This document shows, piece by piece, positions 63,554 to 64,000 of a DNA stretch of 64,000 bases. Under the pieces are notes generated by a model, which ran no database searches, was not told the DNA's origin, and saw only the letters and a list, made by a program, of their open reading frames with translations. The DNA comes from an uncultured bacterium (GTDB taxonomy: Bacteria; Verrucomicrobiota; Lentisphaeria; Victivallales; UBA1829). The position numbers and the translations under genes are program-made. Each line of letters opens with the position of its first letter. The first letter of the stretch is position 1. Location of the stretch: contig CACZEK010000005.1 in the NCBI GenBank assembly GCA_902780135.1, forward strand, positions 130,839 through 194,838, in the 5' to 3' direction.

Positions 63554-63582
63554 ATAATACACCGATTTCCATTTTTTGTCAA
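63554..63582 (-). promoter_or_regulatory. sigma70-like promoter for the 595-aa secreted protein gene
   Basis: Reverse strand: TTGACA (63582-63577), 17-nt spacer, TATTAT (63559-63554). Confidence 0.5.
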
Positions 63583-63696
63583 GCGGCATAGGGGGTCTGC
63601 ACGGACAAAAAACCTTAAAAATCAGGGCCATGCCGCGAAAAAGCCCGTGACGGAGCGCTGTCCGCCGCGGGCGATTTGTTCGTTTGTTTTCTGAAC

Positions 63697-64000
63697 TTAT
63701 TTCTGCAGGAATTCGAAATGAACGGTCCTGCGGAGCGCCTCGTGCATGTCGTACGGGGGCTTGAAGTCCGTATGGAGCATCTTTTCCGACGAGAAGACCG
63801 TCTGCGCGCAGAATTTCTTGATGCGGATGGAGCTGATCGGGAAGTTCCGGCGCGTGAGGAACGCCAGGACGTCGAAGCAGTAACCGCCGAGGAGCCCCAG
63901 CCAGTACGGCAGGGAGAACGGGGGCAGTTTTTTCCCGAGGATCTTTTCAAAGCCGCTGACGAGGTCGTTCATGTCGTAATCGGGCTTGTCGATGTAGTTG
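63697..64000 (-). CDS. C-terminal part of an NAD-dependent epimerase/dehydratase-family protein (5' end beyond the window)
   Basis: The frame stays open to position 64000 (...NYIDKPDYDMNDLVSGFEKILGKKLP...ISSIRIKKFCAQTVFSSEKM...). This resembles C-termini of SDR sugar epimerases. Confidence 0.55.
   Translation of the reverse strand, partial: NYIDKPDYDMNDLVSGFEKILGKKLPPFSLPYWLGLLGGYCFDVLAFLTRRNFPISSIRIKKFCAQTVFSSEKMLHTDFKPPYDMHEALRRTVHFEFLQK

Overview
High-GC bacterial chromosomal window. Hand-sampled 60-nt lines of core genes are about 65-68% G+C. Gene content suggests the PVC superphylum (Lentisphaerota, Verrucomicrobiota or Kiritimatiellota-like): a prepilin-type/DUF1559-like protein, an LL-DAP-aminotransferase-like gene, ThyX, and many exported repeat proteins. 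This taxonomic call is inference only.

I call about 46 protein genes, one tRNA-Ser(GGA), one TPP riboswitch, a set of very uniform sigma70-like promoters, several rho-independent terminators, two in-frame coding tandem repeats, and a small family of REP-like hairpins built around GCGAAGC.

Core blocks:
- Riboswitch-controlled thiC-thiM-thiE(HAD fusion)-thiD operon.
- Hybrid histidine kinase, aminotransferase, rsmE, thyX, a MATE exporter, ychF and murJ.
- A triple-fusion LplT-acyltransferase-acyl-ACP synthetase with a divergent MarR gene.
- A long minus-strand array: hom, aspartate kinase, dCMP deaminase, a zeta-like kinase cassette, a secreted protein, and an acyl-ACP thioesterase.
- uvrC, queA, glgA and a rhomboid protease.

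A lower-GC accessory block (about 22.7-37.9 kb) ends at the 3' end of tRNA-Ser. It holds only uncharacterised exported or repeat proteins.

Best candidates for something new:
1. A divergent pair of giant proteins (1382 and 1190 aa). They have autotransporter-like parts split between the two genes, no signal peptides and no recognisable translocator.
2. A recurring Gly-Phe/Met (GGFGG / GQRPG) low-complexity module on four different exported proteins.
3. A low-GC, translationally coupled zeta-like kinase plus small-protein cassette inserted in a housekeeping operon.
4. A Nif11-type Gly-Gly peptide gene with its own promoter and a downstream membrane protein.

All family calls come from motif recognition by eye. 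No database search was possible. Many long ORFs in the supplied track are antisense or alternative-frame shadows typical of high-GC DNA and were rejected.
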